Of a stretch of DNA of 51,428 bases, positions 50,801 to 51,428 are shown piece by piece. The stretch spans positions 1-51,428 of the forward strand of contig MU271512.1 of the NCBI GenBank assembly GCA_021432655.1, written 5' to 3'. The notes beneath the pieces were generated by a model. That model was given only the letters and a program-made list of their open reading frames with translations, did not search any database and was not told the DNA's origin. The stretch comes from Atractiella rhizophila. Its lineage: Eukaryota. Each line of letters opens with the position of its first letter. The stretch's first letter is position 1. The position numbers and the translations under genes were made by a program.

Positions 50801-51428
50801 CTTTCATCACTTTGCTGATCGTATATGGTTGTTGGAAAGCCAACCGGGAACAGAAGTGCCCGATGCGTCCGAACTGTGGACTGAGCAGGATAAGATGCAC
50901 CTCAAACGACGTGTCTTTGCTCTCAAGCGCAACTCACTCGCTCCTGTCGTAACCCACAACATGGCGGACGATGCAAACGACCCAATCCTCAATCAAATTA
51001 GACGAGTCCAGCTTTTCAACCGTAGCAATGACCGCGTCAAGATCATTTTCCACCCCGAGTTCCTGAGCTCGAATAATCCTATTCTCGGTCTCGACTATGA
51101 AGAATTCGTTAGAGGATGCCATTTGGGTGTCTTCCCTAGTTATTACGAGCCTTGGGGATATACTCCCGCGGAATGTACTGTGATGGGTGTCCCAAGCATA
51201 ACGACAAACCTGTCGGGTGCGTTTCCTCTCATCGTTCTTGTCATCGTCATTCATGGAGCGAATAGGTTTCGGTTGTTACATGGAAGAGCTCATCGACAAT
51301 GCTGAGGATTATGGAATCTACATTGTTGATCGTCGGCAAAAATCCGTTGAAGAATCCGTTAACCAACTTACCGATCAGTTGTTCACGTTTTCTCAGAAGA
51401 CTCGCAGGCAAAGGATTAACCAAAGAAA
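50801..51428 (+). repeat. 5'-truncated second copy of glycogen synthase (matches about 49331-49958; runs off the window)
   Basis: Starts inside an intron just before the branch point and acceptor. The encoded peptide QPGTEV...TNLSG is identical to copy 1, with many third-position differences. Confidence 0.95.

Overview
Gene-dense, intron-rich eukaryotic DNA with short GT-AG introns (mostly 50-80 nt, CTRAC/CTAAC branch points). It is most consistent with a basidiomycete fungus (inference). Recognisable genes in order: two secreted proteins, a peroxisomal ABCD half-transporter (PXA-type), mitoribosomal uS10m, cysteinyl-tRNA synthetase, tafazzin, a TRAF-type Zn-finger/coiled-coil protein, a MATE transporter, a Zn(II)2Cys6 transcription factor, a UIM-bearing hypothetical, mitoribosomal mL57, Sec39, a RecQ helicase, DPH3/KTI11, Rab18, a MYND-finger protein and glycogen synthase. 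The striking structure is repeated local duplication. (1) A PXA 3' part plus an adjacent orphan gene is duplicated; the PXA copy is near-identical but broken, while both orphan copies are intact yet strongly diverged and carry a HicB-like motif. (2) Sec39 has a 1.43-kb internal tandem duplication that is one base out of frame. (3) Glycogen synthase has a 5'-truncated copy whose exonic changes are all synonymous. (4) A decayed inverted fragment of the uS10m gene lies 30 kb from its source. Two or three unusually long, structured introns are ncRNA candidates. No rRNA, tRNA, CRISPR array or intact transposase was seen. Exon boundaries were read by eye and need RNA-seq confirmation.
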